Source: Octopus vulgaris | Lineage: Eukaryota | Assembly: GCA_951406725.2 (NCBI GenBank) | Contig: OX597840.1 | Span: 26,598,001-26,662,000, forward strand | DNA length: 64,000 nucleotides | Reading direction: 5' to 3' | In this document: in pieces, positions 1 to 14,670 of the stretch | How positions within the stretch are numbered: position 1 is the stretch's first letter | How the letters are laid out: each line of letters opens with the position of its first letter | Notes under the pieces: generated by a model | What the model saw: the letters and a program-made list of their open reading frames with translations, nothing else | The model's database searches: none | Told to the model about the DNA's origin: nothing | Translations under genes and position numbers: made by a program

Positions 1-39
1 ATGAGCTGTGGAACGTAAAACATGCTAGGACACCGCCAT

Positions 40-102
<63 letters not shown>

Positions 103-124
103 CTATATATATATATTATATATA

Positions 125-491
125 GAAAAATACAAACTGGGACAAGAACGTAAAACATTTAGAAGACGATACAAAAATATATATACGGACGGGATATTGA
201 AATATAATGTATCTCAGGATATTGGGACAAGAACGTAAAACATTTAGAAGACGATACAAAAAACACGGATGGGATATTCGAACTTCAATCTTCAGTCAAG
301 AACCGGATCATCCTAGCAATTTTGGCTGATTAATCTTGAGATCGCTCCGATCCGGCCAGCCCCAAGGAAAAACTAAGCTACGAACATTAGATTTCTTGGA
401 AGAAGGATCGAATGTATACGAAACAGGGACGGAAAAACGGACGATGCCACACGAATATAGAATACAGATAGCATATGATTACATGATGTTC

Positions 492-495
<4 letters not shown>
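125..495 (-). mobile_element. TA-flanked repeat fragment with internal partial duplication, possibly Penelope-like
   Basis: 138-199 is duplicated at 223-280; CUGAAGA...GAAU on minus strand (275-297); bounded by (TA)n. Confidence 0.35.
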
Positions 496-523
<28 letters not shown>

Positions 524-564
524 GTAGGTCTATAGGTATGTATGTATATATATTTATGTATGTA

Positions 565-760
565 GTGAATTCCCAAAAAAACAAACACAAAAAACAACAC
601 GAGGACGTGGTACATGTAATGTACTAGCAGTTGGTCAGGAAAGGAAAAAAAAGATGGTTTAACGTTTCGAGCAGACGCTCTTCTTCGGAAACAGAGGAAA
701 GTCCAATAGAAGGGAAGACGGAGGAAGAAAATCGCCAACGATTCACATATGGTTACATTA
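565..760 (-). mobile_element. Short Penelope-like non-autonomous element (family H1) with hammerhead motif at 657-692
   Basis: Minus strand guuu-CCGAAGA-a-gagc(gucu)gcuc-GAAA-CGUU-aaac. Homologous to 6446-6640, 7084-7281 and 23339-23520; flanked by TA/TG repeats. Confidence 0.7.
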
Positions 761-770
761 TGTATGTATG

Positions 771-890
<120 letters not shown>

Positions 891-933
891 CATGCATATA
901 TATATATGTATGTATCTATATGTATGTATAGTG

Positions 934-1182
934 AAGGCGCATGGCTTGGTGGTTAGGGCATTCGGCTCCCGATTGTAAGGTCATGAGTTCAATTCCCGGC
1001 GATGCGTTGTGCGATTGGGCAAGACACTTTATCTCCCGCTGCTCCAGTCCATTCAACTGGCAAAATTCAGTAGTACTTGTAATTCAAAGGGGCCAGCCTC
1101 GTCACACTCTGTGTCACGCTGAATCTCCCTAAGAACTACGTTAAGGGTACACGTGTCTGAGGAATGCTCAGCCATCAACAAC
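934..1182 (+). mobile_element. tRNA-derived SINE family C (older interrupted copy at about 18940-19890; related minus-strand copy at about 63480-63750)
   Basis: A box TGGCTTGGTGG, B box GAGTTCAATTCCC, core TTGGGCAAGACACTT, tail GTTAAGGGTACACGTGTCTG. Confidence 0.7.
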
Positions 1183-1889
1183 AGGGTATATATGTTTGTG
1201 TGTATGCATGTATGTATTTGTGTGTGTATATGTATGTGTGTATATGTATGTATGTATTTGTATGTGTGTATATGTATGTATGTATGTATGTGTGTGTATA
1301 TATACATGTATGTATGTAAGTGTGTATATGTATGCATATATGTATGTAAGTATGCATGTATGTAGATAGGTAGGTAGGTATATGTGTGTGTTTTTGTGTC
1401 TATTCTCCACTCCAGCCGCTTGATAACTGGTGTTGGTTTGTTAACGTTCACGTAACGTAGCGGCTGGGCAAAAAGGATCCGATAGAATAAGTGCTAAATT
1501 TTGAAAAAAAAAAAAAATAATAAATACCGGGATCAATTTGCTCTATCCAAGAAAACCCTTCGAAGCGGTGCCCCAGCATGGCCGCAGTCCAGCGACTGAA
1601 ACAATTAACAGAGAAACGATAAAAGAATAAAGTGATAATCCTTGATATTATGAGGATTAGGATCTTTGTCGAAGGGTGATAAAGGCCCAGTAGCACACGG
1701 ATAAGCTGGGGATGGGTTGCAGGTAAGCAGATTAAACTGTGAAGCGTCCGACAGGCGCCAAAGGTAGGAGAACGTTGTTGTATGTTTTTCTAAGAAAACC
1801 CGTGGATTTAGTTTTTAAATTTTGGTATTGAGGAGTCAGTGTTGGTCACTACCTGTTGGCTTGGTACAAAGAGATAGATAGATAGATAA

Positions 1890-2397
1890 GTTTATTTATT
1901 GGCCACACAGGGCTGCACACAGATGGGACAAGTTACAAGGTAGAGCTTTTCTTTTGGGGGATGAAAAAAACAAAAAACAAAAGAAAAAAAGGGGGTGGCG
2001 TAGGTTTTCGATCAAGAGGGATCGTAAAAGGGAAGAAAAGAACAAAAAAAAAAAAATAAAAAGAAAAAAAAAGAAAAGGAAAAGGAACAAATGAAAAGAG
2101 AAATGAAAAAAGAAGAAAAAAGGGGAAAAAAGGGGAAGAGGAAAAAAAAACGATCAATAGGGATCGTGTATCACAGTGTTATGATATATGGTGTAAAGGG
2201 GAAAGCAAGTAAGGTTTATCCGTGGGAAGAAAAGCCTACGAAAAAGACCACGGTAACCTTGGTCAATATTGTTATATGTTACCACATTTGTTTGCAAGTG
2301 GGTAACCCTCTGTTTTCAATTTCTGGGTTCATAGAATTATGCTCAAGGTGACTTCGTCATTCATACGTGCCATCCTTGCTACATTCACCCATCTTAT

Positions 2398-2480
<83 letters not shown>

Positions 2481-2673
2481 TACATAAGTTTTCATTATGG
2501 CCACACAGGGCTAAACACAGAAAATAGACGAAATACAATGTAGAGTTTTTCTTTTCGAGGTGGGATGGGTGGAACACACAAAGAAAAAGTTTGATCAATC
2601 TTTGGGTTATGTGGTGTATAAAAAAGAAATATATAAAGATTGATAGATAGAGAGAGAGGGAGAGAAAGAGAGG

Positions 2674-2739
<66 letters not shown>

Positions 2740-2806
2740 TACAGACAGACAGACAGACAGACAGATAGATAGATACACAGATAGACAGATAGATAGATAG
2801 ACAGAC

Positions 2807-2871
<65 letters not shown>

Positions 2872-3021
2872 TAGATAGATAGATAGATAATGTTTCTTTA
2901 TTAGCCACACAGGGCTGCACACAGACAGAACAAATTACAAGGTAGAGCTTTTCTTTTGGGAGTAAAAAAAAGGGGGGGGTTGTTTTCGACCAAAAGGGAT
3001 CGTAAAAGGAAAGAAAGAGGA
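1890..3021 (-). mobile_element. Three truncated 3' ends of a Tx1/L1-like LINE inside one (GATA)n array (about 1890-2396, 2486-2640, 2890-3021)
   Basis: Shared terminus (minus) AGCCCTGTGTGGC(C/T)..AT followed by (CTAT)n; longest copy retains ORF end RWVNVARMARMNDEVTLSIIL*. Clade assignment is inference. Confidence 0.55.
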
Positions 3022-3026
3022 ATAGA

Positions 3027-3146
<120 letters not shown>

Positions 3147-3629
3147 CAGATAGATAGATAGACAGACAGACAGATAAATTGTATTTCTGGTTTGTAACGG
3201 TATAAAATGTTAGTGGTTTGTGTCCCCAGTTTGTGTTATTAGTTTTGATGAGTTTAATTGGTAAGTAGGTTCTTTGGAAGTGGTTTTGGTGGCGGTAGTG
3301 ATGAAGGTGGGGGATGGTCTTTATGCTGATGGTGGTGGTGGTGGTGGTGGAGGGAGAAGGGGGGATTGGTCGGAAAGGAAGTCACAAGGAGGGTGTGGAT
3401 GTGTTTGTTCGTAGTCTTTTTTTCTTCCTTTTTCTGTTAATTTTTGTTATTTTTTTCTTTTTTTGTGATGGTTGGGCAGCGTTGGTGCGCTTCTTACCGC
3501 AACGGTTGGCGGCGATGGTGGTGGAGATGGTGGCGGCGATGGTGGCGGCGATGGCACCGGTGACATTGACTGTCGGTAAGTGGGTGTGTGTGTCAGTAAG
3601 TATGACACTAAAAAACAATTAAGATCTGT

Positions 3630-4173
3630 GATGATGACGGTGGTGGTGGTGGTGTGGTGGTGGTGGTGGTGGTGGTGGTGGTGGTGGTTGTGGTGGTGGT
3701 GGTGGTTGTGGTGGTGGTGGTGGTGGTGGTGGTGGTTGTGGTGGTGGTGGTGGTGTGGTGGTGGTGGTGGTGGTGGTGGTGGTGGTGGTGGTGGTGGTGG
3801 TGGTGGTGGTGGTGGTGGTGGTGGTGGTTGTGGTGGTGGTGGTGGTGGTGGTGGTGGTGGTGGTGGTGGTGGTGGTGGTTGTGGTGGTGGTGGTGTTGGT
3901 GGTGGTGGTGGTGGTGGTGGTGGTGGTGGTGGTGGTGGTGGTGGTTGTGGTGGTAGTGGTGGTTGTGGTGGTGGTGGTGGTGGTGGTTGTGGTGGTAGTG
4001 GTGGTGGTGTTGGTGGAGGCGACTGTGGTCATGCTAGGGATTCTCTCACTTGTGGTGGTGGTGGTGGTGGTGGTGGTGGTGGTGGTGGTGCTGGCGGTGG
4101 CAGTAGTGGTCGTTGTAGTGCTGGTGGTAGTGTTCATTGCGTTGCAAATGTTAGTGCTGTTAACAGATGTAAC

Positions 4174-4209
<36 letters not shown>

Positions 4210-4220
4210 TTTGGTGGTAG
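3630..4220. repeat. (GGT)n/(AGT)n trinucleotide tract; similar ACC/GGT tracts at about 11700-12570, 37870-38760, 44940-45340, 49760-50460, 57520-58190
   Basis: Direct reading; source of the poly-V/W/G/P/T/H pseudo-ORFs. Confidence 0.95.
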
Positions 4221-5023
4221 GACAGATATTATTTTCCACTCTAGGCACAAGGCCTGAAATTTTGGGGAAAGTGGGGCAATCGATTAGATTGACTCCAGTA
4301 TGCAGCTGGTACTTAATTCATCGACCCCTTACCCCCCGAAAGGATGAAAAGCAAAATCAACCTCAACGGAATTTGAACTCAGAACGTAGCGGATGACGAA
4401 ATACCTATTTCTTTACTACCCACAAGGGGCTAAACATAGAGGAGACAAACAAGGACAGACAAAAGGAATAAGTCGATTATATCGATCCCCAGTGCGTAAC
4501 TGGTACTTAATTTATCGACCCCGAAAGGATGAAAGGCAAAGTCGACCTCGGCAGAATGTGAACTCAGAACGTAACGGCAGACGAAATACCTATTTCTTTA
4601 TTACCCACTTGGGGCTAAACATAGAGGAGACAAACAAGGGCAGGCAAACGGATTCAGTCGATTATATCGACCCCAGTGCGTAACTGGTACTTATTTAATC
4701 GACCCCGAAAGGATGAAAGGCAAAGTCGACCTCAGCGGAATTCGAACTCAGAACATAGCGGCAGACGAAAATACCGCAAAGCATTTCGCCCGACGTGCTA
4801 ACGTTTCTGCCAGCTCGCCCTCTTGGTGGTAGGACTGGTATTGGTTGTGGTGGTCTCCTAACAATGGCTTGTGGCGCCGACGTCGTTGGAGGTGGTCGTT
4901 GATAATAAAGACAAGCAATGAGCAAGAAGAAGGAGAAGGCTTGCGAAGGGAAGAGTTCAGTTTAGTCACAATGTGGAAGGAGTGGCAAACCACACCGTTT
5001 GCATATATGTATGCATTTATCTA

Positions 5024-5058
<35 letters not shown>

Positions 5059-5111
5059 CTCACCCCTTCTCTCTCTCTATATATATATATATCTATATAT
5101 ATCTATATATA

Positions 5112-5634
<523 letters not shown>

Positions 5635-5850
5635 TATACTGATACATACATACGTACATATATAGAGGCAGTGCTCCACCATGGCCGCAGTCACATGACT
5701 GAAACAAATAAAAGAATAAAAAATGCATGCATGTGTGTGTGAGAAATCTTCAACGTAGTTCGTTTCTTGTTAAGATTTTTAGGAGTGGATTCGTTACATA
5801 AAGTCGTGTATGAAGTCGATTTACGCAATTCCGTTGGGTAATATAGCCTC

Positions 5851-5905
<55 letters not shown>

Positions 5906-6106
5906 TTTTTACTTGTTTCAGTCATTTGACTGCGGCCATGCTGGAGCACCGCCTTTTAGTCGAGCAAATCAACCCCGGGACTTATTCTTTTGTAAGCCCA
6001 GTACTTATTCTATCGGTCTCTTTTTGCCGAACCGCTAAGTGACGGGGACGTAAACACACCAGCATCGGTTGTCAAGCAATTCTAGGGGGACAAACACAGA
6101 CACACA

Positions 6107-6273
<167 letters not shown>

Positions 6274-6548
6274 TACGACGGGCTTCTTTCAGTTTCCGTC
6301 TTCCAAATCCACTCACAAGGCTTTGGTCGGCCCGAGGCTATAGTAGAAGACACTTGCCCAAGATGCCACGCAGTGGGACTGAACCCGGAACCATGTGGTT
6401 GGTTAGCAAGCTACTTTACCACCCAGCCACTCCTGCGCCTATATAGTTAATCCAAACATGAAAACACGAAGAGAAAACACATCAAGGCGAGGACGTGGAA
6501 CAAGTATGGTGTTATTGGACGCTCAGGAAAGGAAAGAAAGAAAGGAGA

Positions 6549-6585
6549 ATTTAACGTTTCGAGCAGAGAGCTCTTCGTCAGAAAC
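6549..6585 (-). ncRNA. Minimal type I hammerhead ribozyme motif in H1 element 6446-6640
   Basis: guuu-CUGACGA-a-gagc(ucucu)gcuc-GAAA-CGUU-aaau: canonical core, 4-bp stem II, ACGU palindromic stem III. Confidence 0.75.
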
Positions 6586-6642
6586 ATAGGAAAAGAAGGG
6601 AAGATGGAGGGAAAATCGCCAACGATATACATGCGGTCACAT

Positions 6643-6677
<35 letters not shown>

Positions 6678-7007
6678 CTTATACACACACGTTTAAGCAT
6701 ACGTGTATATACGTATCTATGAGCGACTTGAGCTCCAAGAATTTCGTGTTAGATGTCATGCACGAATCTCTACGCACTTGAGTCACATACGCAGCAGCTA
6801 ATATATTGACGCATATCTGTGTATACATAGATATATAAATGCTTCTGTGATTGTATGTGTGAGTGTGTATAATATATACACACACATTTATATACACATA
6901 CACACACACACACATACATAGACACAGATGCACACACGATATATGTTTACATGTATGCATATTACATATGTATACACACACACACACAAATATATATACA
7001 TACATAC

Positions 7008-7063
<56 letters not shown>

Positions 7064-7155
7064 TATATATATATTTATAAAATATGACCTCGTGTGTACC
7101 GTTGGCGATTTCTTTTTCCTCTGTCTTTCCTTCTCTGGATCTTTCCTTCTCCTAT

Positions 7156-7190
7156 GTTTCCGACGAAGAGCTCCGTTCGAAACGTTAACT
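7156..7190 (+). ncRNA. Minimal hammerhead motif (U4C variant) in H1 element 7084-7281
   Basis: guuu-CCGACGA-a-gagc(ucc)guuc-GAAA-CGUU-aacu; stem II keeps pairing through a G-U wobble. Confidence 0.65.
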
Positions 7191-7281
7191 CCTCCTTCTT
7201 TCCTGAGCGTCCAATAATACTATATTTGTTCCACGTCCTCGCGTTGTTGTGTTTTTTTTGTACTTTCTTGTTTGGATTAAC

Positions 7282-7378
<97 letters not shown>

Positions 7379-7707
7379 TGTATGTGTATATATATACAAC
7401 TTATAAACAAGGGCAAAAGATAAATTATCTCCATGCCAATATGCTGAGAACAGACATTAAATCGCCAATTTCCACATTTCATTTTACAATCACTATAAAT
7501 ACACGTCGTGCTGAAATGGAGGAAAGCGAGCCAACAGAATTTTAAAAAAAAGTTCGTTATTTCTATATTGAATCAATTTCGGAATTAATCTCAAAGATTT
7601 TTTCCTCTTCAGTAGAAAATACGATAAGATATAAATGAAACACTTACACGGACCCATGGGGAAAAAGCACAAGCAAAAGTGATGAGTACATCTAAGTACC
7701 CCAGTCA

Positions 7708-8768
7708 TAGCTTTCATGGTCCGGTCTGTACATACGGGAAAGTCTCAAAGAATCGTTACATTTTCTCCCTTAGTTACAGCATCAGGGTGGTGCTTGTACC
7801 ATTTCTCAGCAGTTCTGATTTTATAATACCGACACATTATCCAATATAGATATTGGCCAACTTTGCCATGTCTTGATTTATACTCTACAGGTGTTAAAAC
7901 CTTACACCCAGAGATTAGGTGGTCTTAAATAATTTTTAGTTCCTTTTTTGATCATTCCAAGTGCTCCTACAATCACTGGTATTGTAACCATCTTATGATG
8001 CCATATCTTTTCGATTTCGATTAGCTGATCTTTATATTTTCTGAACTTATCGAATTCTTTTGCCGAGATATAATGGTCACAGGGTATGCTCGTGTCAATT
8101 AATAAATAGACTTTATTGTTTGGTCTTTCCCAACAATATCTGGTTTATTTGCTTTGATGGCCCGGTCTGTATGTACTGGGAAGTCCCAAAGAATCGTTAC
8201 ATTTTCTCCCTTAATTACAGGTGCTAAAACCTTACACCCAGAGATTAGGTGGTCCACTGTTTCAATTACCATCGCTTCAGTATCAGCACTTCGGGTCTAC
8301 TCCATTTTTCATCACATTGGTTTGATCAATAAGTTCTGAACTTGAGCAGCTAAAATAAAGCCTTCCCTCTCTGCTTTTAGCCCTGAGCTCCGTAGCCACT
8401 GACGGGTGTGATTCTGGTGATTCTGGCAAACATCAGCTTGTTTGCTACGGGTCACATATTTGCCATGCAGCGGTTTCTGTTCCCACCTATCAGCCAATTG
8501 TTCAAACGCATTTTCCTTTGCTATTGATTTCATCTACTTCACAAACAACAGATGACGCACTTCCATCATGCTGTTCAACCTGGCTATTTTGCACTTACTC
8601 ACCCACCAGCAAATCTTTTTGCTCTCCTTCATAACAGAACGAGGCTTCTTTCGTCCCCCGTGGGTTTTCAGCGAGCTTTAAGCATCCAGTCGTTGGATGC
8701 TTCAAGATATTTGGCCAAGTCCAATTGCGGTGGTTTTGTAAGAGACTTCAAATTGGATCAAGCCACAA
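7708..8768 (-). mobile_element. Decayed R4/Dong-type LINE, C-terminal region with restriction-like endonuclease
   Basis: Minus translation: GLIQFEVSYKTT, WEQKPLHGKY, WLRSSGLKAE.EGFILAAQ, decayed CCHC ETVDHLISGC, ILWDFPVHTDRAIKANKPDIV..LLIDTSIP..KFRKYKDQ..IPVIVGALG; stops and frameshifts present. Confidence 0.85.
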
Positions 8769-8904
8769 CCTCCTCCTCCTCCTCCTCCTCCTCATCATCA
8801 TCATCATCATCATCACCGCCAGCACCAGCACCAGCACCACCATCATCATCATCACTATTATTATCATCATCATCAGCATCATTATTATTATTATTATTCC
8901 ATCA

Positions 8905-8981
<77 letters not shown>

Positions 8982-8996
8982 GTTGTTGTTCTGTTG

Positions 8997-9030
<34 letters not shown>

Positions 9031-9070
9031 CATTATTATTATTATCATTATTATTATTATTCCATCATCA

Positions 9071-9107
<37 letters not shown>

Positions 9108-9110
<3 letters not shown>

Positions 9111-9215
9111 TATACACTCAACAGATTAGACTGTTGGAAAAGAAAAGAATCCTGATATCGGGCTACAACAAGTATCCTTAGATGCCCAGAACCCTCCTAA
9201 GTATCCTGCCCCTAA
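9108..9215 (-). mobile_element. 3' terminus of a Dong/R4-like LINE embedded in (TAA)n
   Basis: Minus strand reads GRILRRVLGI*, then a short 3'UTR running into (AAT)n; (TTA)n on both sides. Confidence 0.6.
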
Positions 9216-9219
9216 TTAA

Positions 9220-9302
<83 letters not shown>

Positions 9303-9304
<2 letters not shown>

Positions 9305-9520
9305 GGCGGCGAGCTGGCAGAATCGTTAGCACACCGGGTGAAATGCTTTGCGGTAATTCGCTCGTCACTACGATCTGAGTTCAAATTCCGCTGAGGTCGT
9401 CTTTGCCTTTCATCCTTTCGGGATCGATTAAAATAAGTACCAGTTACACACTGGGGTCGAAGTAATCGACTACAACCGCCGCCTCAAATTCCAGGCCTTG
9501 TGCCTAAAGTAAAAAGTATT
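9303..9520 (+). mobile_element. SINE family B with Nin/Deu-like core; others at about 9533-9720+, 4232-4822- (core triplicated), 17425-17810-, 26860-26955-, 33297-33390+, 41187-41495- (2x), 47825-47945+
   Basis: Head GGCGGCGAGCTGGCAGAA...GAGTTCAAATTCC then CTTTGCCTTTCATCCTTTCGGG.TCGAT.AAATAAGTACCAG, resembling the Nin/Deu SINE domain. Confidence 0.8.
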
Positions 9521-9811
9521 ATTATTAATAATAAGGTGGCGAGCTGTTCAGAATTGTTACCGCGCCGGGCAAAATGCTTGGCGACGTTTCGTCAGTCTTA
9601 ACGTTTTGATATCGAATTCGGCGAGGTGGACTTTACCTTTCGTCCTCTGGAGATCGATAAAATCACTACCAGGTGAATACTGAGATAGATGAAATCGATG
9701 AAATCGATTTATCTCCTCCCTCGAAATAGAGTGAACTTACTTTATACTGGCACCTGAAGGAAGAGGAAAACGAAGGAGAGAGGACACTCGCCATGGAACT
9801 AACCATCACTA

Positions 9812-9861
<50 letters not shown>

Positions 9862-10073
9862 TCTTTTACTGGTTTCAGTCATTTGACTGCGGCCATGCTG
9901 GAGCACCGCCTTTAATCGAGCAACTCTCGACCCCGGGACTTATTTTTTTGTAAGCCCAGTACTTATTCTATCGGACTCTTTTGCCGAACCGCTATGTTAA
10001 GGGGACATAAACACACCAGCATCGGTTGTCAAGCAATGCTAGGGGGACAAACACAGACACACAAACACATACA

Positions 10074-10111
<38 letters not shown>

Positions 10112-10288
10112 TACTACGGGCTTCTTTCAGTTTCCGTCTACCAAATCAACTCACAAGGCTTTGGTCGGCCCGAGGCTATAGTAGAAGACACTTACCCAAG
10201 GAGTGGGATGAAACCCGGAACCATGTGGTTGGTAAGCAAGCTACTTACCACACAGCCACACCTACGCCTATATATATATATATATATA

Positions 10289-10683
10289 TCTTTATATATA
10301 AAAGTGAAGTTGTGTGTCTGTCTCCTACGATTTAGATTCCTAACTACTCCCACATTTTGCGGTGCAGTTTAACCAAAAGCGGGTATCTTATAGTCGTGAT
10401 TCATATCGAGCCCTTCTGGGTATTAGCGCGCGTCTACGATGAGTCTACGATTAAAAAAAAATTACCATAATTTTTTCCCATTTTTAATGCATTTTTTTTT
10501 GCTATTATATAAGGGAAGTAACTCTCTAAAAATATATTATTAAATCTCAGAACGTAAAAAGCTACAGTAACACCCCCCTTTGTGTTTAGCCATATTGAGA
10601 TGGCTATTATACTTTACATCTCTAAAAATGCTTATATAGTTATTTCCCTTACAAACCCGAGCAACGCCGGGCGATACTGCTAG
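10289..10683 (+). mobile_element. Non-autonomous Helitron
   Basis: 5' TC, subterminal hairpin CCCGAGCAACGCCGGG, 3' CTAG, inserted between A and T, no TSD. Confidence 0.8.
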
Positions 10684-10837
10684 TATATATATAAATTTAA
10701 ATAATTTAAATTTTGAATTTTATATATTTTGTATATTATATCTATTAATTTTATTTCTATGTATTGGTTTATGTTTTTCACTGTTTGATAAGCCTAATCG
10801 TGGTTTTATCTCTAATTTAATATACATACATACATAC

Positions 10838-10907
<70 letters not shown>

Positions 10908-10920
10908 ATGTATGTATATA

Positions 10921-11120
10921 TAATGTACTCTTTCATATTGGTAAGATGAACAAAGAAAGTCCTTCATCAGGTGAGAGATAGATATCTTTTAATATTTTTA
11001 ATATACAAAGTATGTTTTTATCAGCTACCAATGGTTTCATGCAATAGAAAGCAACTCAGCATCAGTTATAAACTCGTCAGGTGACTTCGTGCAATCCTAC
11101 ACCTCGCCTCCACCGCATCC
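10921..11120 (-). mobile_element. Penelope-like fragment with degenerate hammerhead motifs
   Basis: Minus strand gucac-CUGACGA...gcau-GAA-ACCAUUGGU-A-gcugau (11020-11085), plus a second CUGAUGA at 10964-10970; TA-flanked. Confidence 0.4.
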
Positions 11121-11547
11121 TCTCTCTCTCTCTACATATATATATATATATATATATTCTTTTGTTCTTTTTTATTATTGTTTTACTCGTTTCAGGCATT
11201 TGACTGCAGCCATGCTGGAGCACCGCCTTTAGTCGGACAAATCGACCCCAGGACTTATTCTATCGGTCTCTTTTGCCGAACCGCTAAGTGACGGGGACAT
11301 AAACACACCAGCATCGGTTGTGAAGCGAAGTTGGTGGGACAAACACAGACACACAAACATATACACACACATACATATACATATATATACATATATACGA
11401 CGGGCTTCTTTCAGTTTCCGTCTACCAAATCCACTCACAAGGCTTTGGTCGGCCCGAGGCTATAGTAGAAGACACTTGCCCAAGGTGCCACGCAGTGGGA
11501 CTGAACCCAGAACCATGTGGTTTGGAAACAAGCTTCATACCACTGCA

Positions 11548-11602
<55 letters not shown>

Positions 11603-12569
11603 ACAAACTACAGTAATAATACTACGGCGCGCCGTTAACACTCTGTCTACTACTAATACTACAATAAAAAAATAAAGACAAATCATTAATTATTGCCGCC
11701 GCCACCATCACCACCAATACCACCACCACCACCAATACCACCACCACCACCACCACCACCAATACCACCAATACCACCACCACCACCACCACTACCACCA
11801 CCAATACCACCACCACCACCAATACCACCACCACCACCACCACCAATACCACCACCACCACCACCACCACCAATACCACCAATACCACCACCACCACCAC
11901 CACTACCACCACCAATACCACCACCACCACCAATACCACCAATACCACCACCAACAATACCACCAACACCACCACCACCACCACCAACACCACTACAACA
12001 ACAGAAACCCGCCACCGCCGCCGCCGTGCCCACTGACTTCACCACTATCAGCACCACCACCACCACCACCACCATCGTCGTCCCCACCCTCTTTCAATGC
12101 ACTCATCGCCACCACAATGAATACTATTATTAATACTATTAAAAAAAAGAGAGAAAAAAAACCACCAACTTCTATTGACTCCTCCCTCACCACCACCACC
12201 GCCACCGCCGCCAACGCCACCACCACCGCTGTCACTTTAAATGCACTCATCGCCACCACCGCTTTCTGCGCCGTCGCCCTCTCCACCAGCGCTGCTTTCA
12301 ATGCATTCGTCACCGCCTCCGCCGCCGTAACCGCCATCACCGCCGCTGCCGCCACCACCACTGTCTTCGCCGCCTCCAACACGACCACTGTCTCTTCCAC
12401 CACCACCACCACCACCACCACCACCACCACGACTTTCAATTTATCGCCGCTGCCGCCACCACTTTCTGAAAGCGCACATCGTCACCGTCCCCACCACCAC
12501 TTTCAATTCACTCATCTTTACCGCCGTCACCACCACCTCCGCCACCACCACCACCACCACCACCACTAC

Positions 12570-12920
12570 TGATGTCATTACCACGACGGCTGCCGCTCCT
12601 GCTGCTTCCTACAGCTGCTGCTACTGCGGGAGTCGGAGTCGGAGGAGGAGGAGACGCAGCAGCGGCAGCGACAGAAGCGGGAGAAGGAGGAGGAGGTGGA
12701 AGGAGATAGAGGAAGTGCAGACGAAGAAGAAGGGAGGAGGAGGAGGGGACAGAAAGAAAGAGAAAGCGAGAAAGCGAGAAAGACAGAGAGAAAGAACAAA
12801 ATAAAGAAGAAGAAGACGAAGAAGAAGTCAAAGAAATAGGCGGAGTAGGAGTAGGAGGAAGGAAGGAGGGAGGAAGGAAGAAGGGAGGAGGAAGAGATGC
12901 CGCCTTCTGCGCGCCCGCTT
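12570..12920 (+). promoter_or_regulatory. GC/CpG-rich candidate proximal promoter or 5'UTR start of RUNX
   Basis: GC-rich, CpG-containing, purine-skewed non-TE block 1.4-1.7 kb upstream of the ATG. No TSS evidence available. Confidence 0.35.
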
Positions 12921-13565
12921 GTATGTGTCTGTATGCGTATGTGTGTATGTGTATATATATATATATGTATGTGTCTTTTATATGTTTCTATTTATTTGTG
13001 TAGTTGTGTTTGTTGTTATTGTTGTTGTTTTTGTTTTCCTTCCGATTCGTTCATTGCCGTCACTTTCAGGCAGACCCGAAGACGGCGGCTGGAGAGACAA
13101 GAACACAGTTTAAAAAGCTTGCTGCTGGAGAAAAAACCCCTAATTTATATCATCATCACTATTATTATTATAATTATTATTATTATAATTGTTACCATTA
13201 TTATTATTATTATTATTAATATTACTACTACGCTTTACAATCACACAAACAACTAACAAAAAACCATATACACACACATACAACCACATATATAAATATA
13301 TATATATATACTTACATATATATATATGTGTATATATATAGAGATATATGTGAGGATACATGAGTCCTTTAAACAAATTCATACAACGACAAGAGAGGGA
13401 TAACCCCTCAGTATTAAGGAAAAAGATATCGGATTGTTTATATATATATATATCTCACGTTGGATATCGAGATATTTATTTTGTGTCTGTCCGTTAAATG
13501 ATATCATAACAACCACACACACACACACACACACACACCACTATTCTACCACAGCCTATACTGTA

Positions 13566-13630
<65 letters not shown>

Positions 13631-13807
13631 GTGTTTGCGGTCTTACGTAGTAAGCTACGAACACGCACTTGCAAATATGTTTAATTGTATAGATATATGT
13701 GTGTATGTGTTAAAAATATAAATATATATATATATATACATTAGTTAACGTGATTGCTGTGTGTATGAGTTCTAGTGTGTATATACGTGAGTTATAATAC
13801 ATTTATT

Positions 13808-13838
<31 letters not shown>

Positions 13839-14235
13839 GCTTTGATTTTCTTTAAGTACACACACACGCACATATACATATATATATATATATATATGCG
13901 TACATGTATATATATTAATTATGTATAAGTATTTAAATAGGGGTGTGTATACGTATATACACATGTATATATAATATGGTTTTATATACGTATTATACAT
14001 GAGTAACCGAGAGTGGAAAGTGCGTGTGTGTAATAGTATATTATATACACAACACGCTTTGACCCTCGCTAAGTACACTTTCAGACGCTTACATACATCC
14101 GTATACACCCACGTATATACCCGTCTTTGTACATTTATATAATTATACATACACGCACGTATATTAAATGTATACAATATATAATGATATTTATATAAAC
14201 ACACATATATGTCTACGCAAATTCGTCGCTGTTAA

Positions 14236-14670
<435 letters not shown>

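Noticed and set aside
934-1010. tRNA gene-like sequences (A/B boxes) here and in other SINE heads
   Set aside because: They run directly into SINE core and tail and lack a proper cloverleaf; not tRNA genes.
11686-12572. Poly-Pro/Gly/Ala/Thr ORFs upstream of RUNX, resembling extensin or a QA-type N-terminal exon
   Set aside because: Degenerate (ACC/GCC)n open in several frames on both strands; no convincing splice or start context, and the RUNX ATG has its own upstream in-frame stop.
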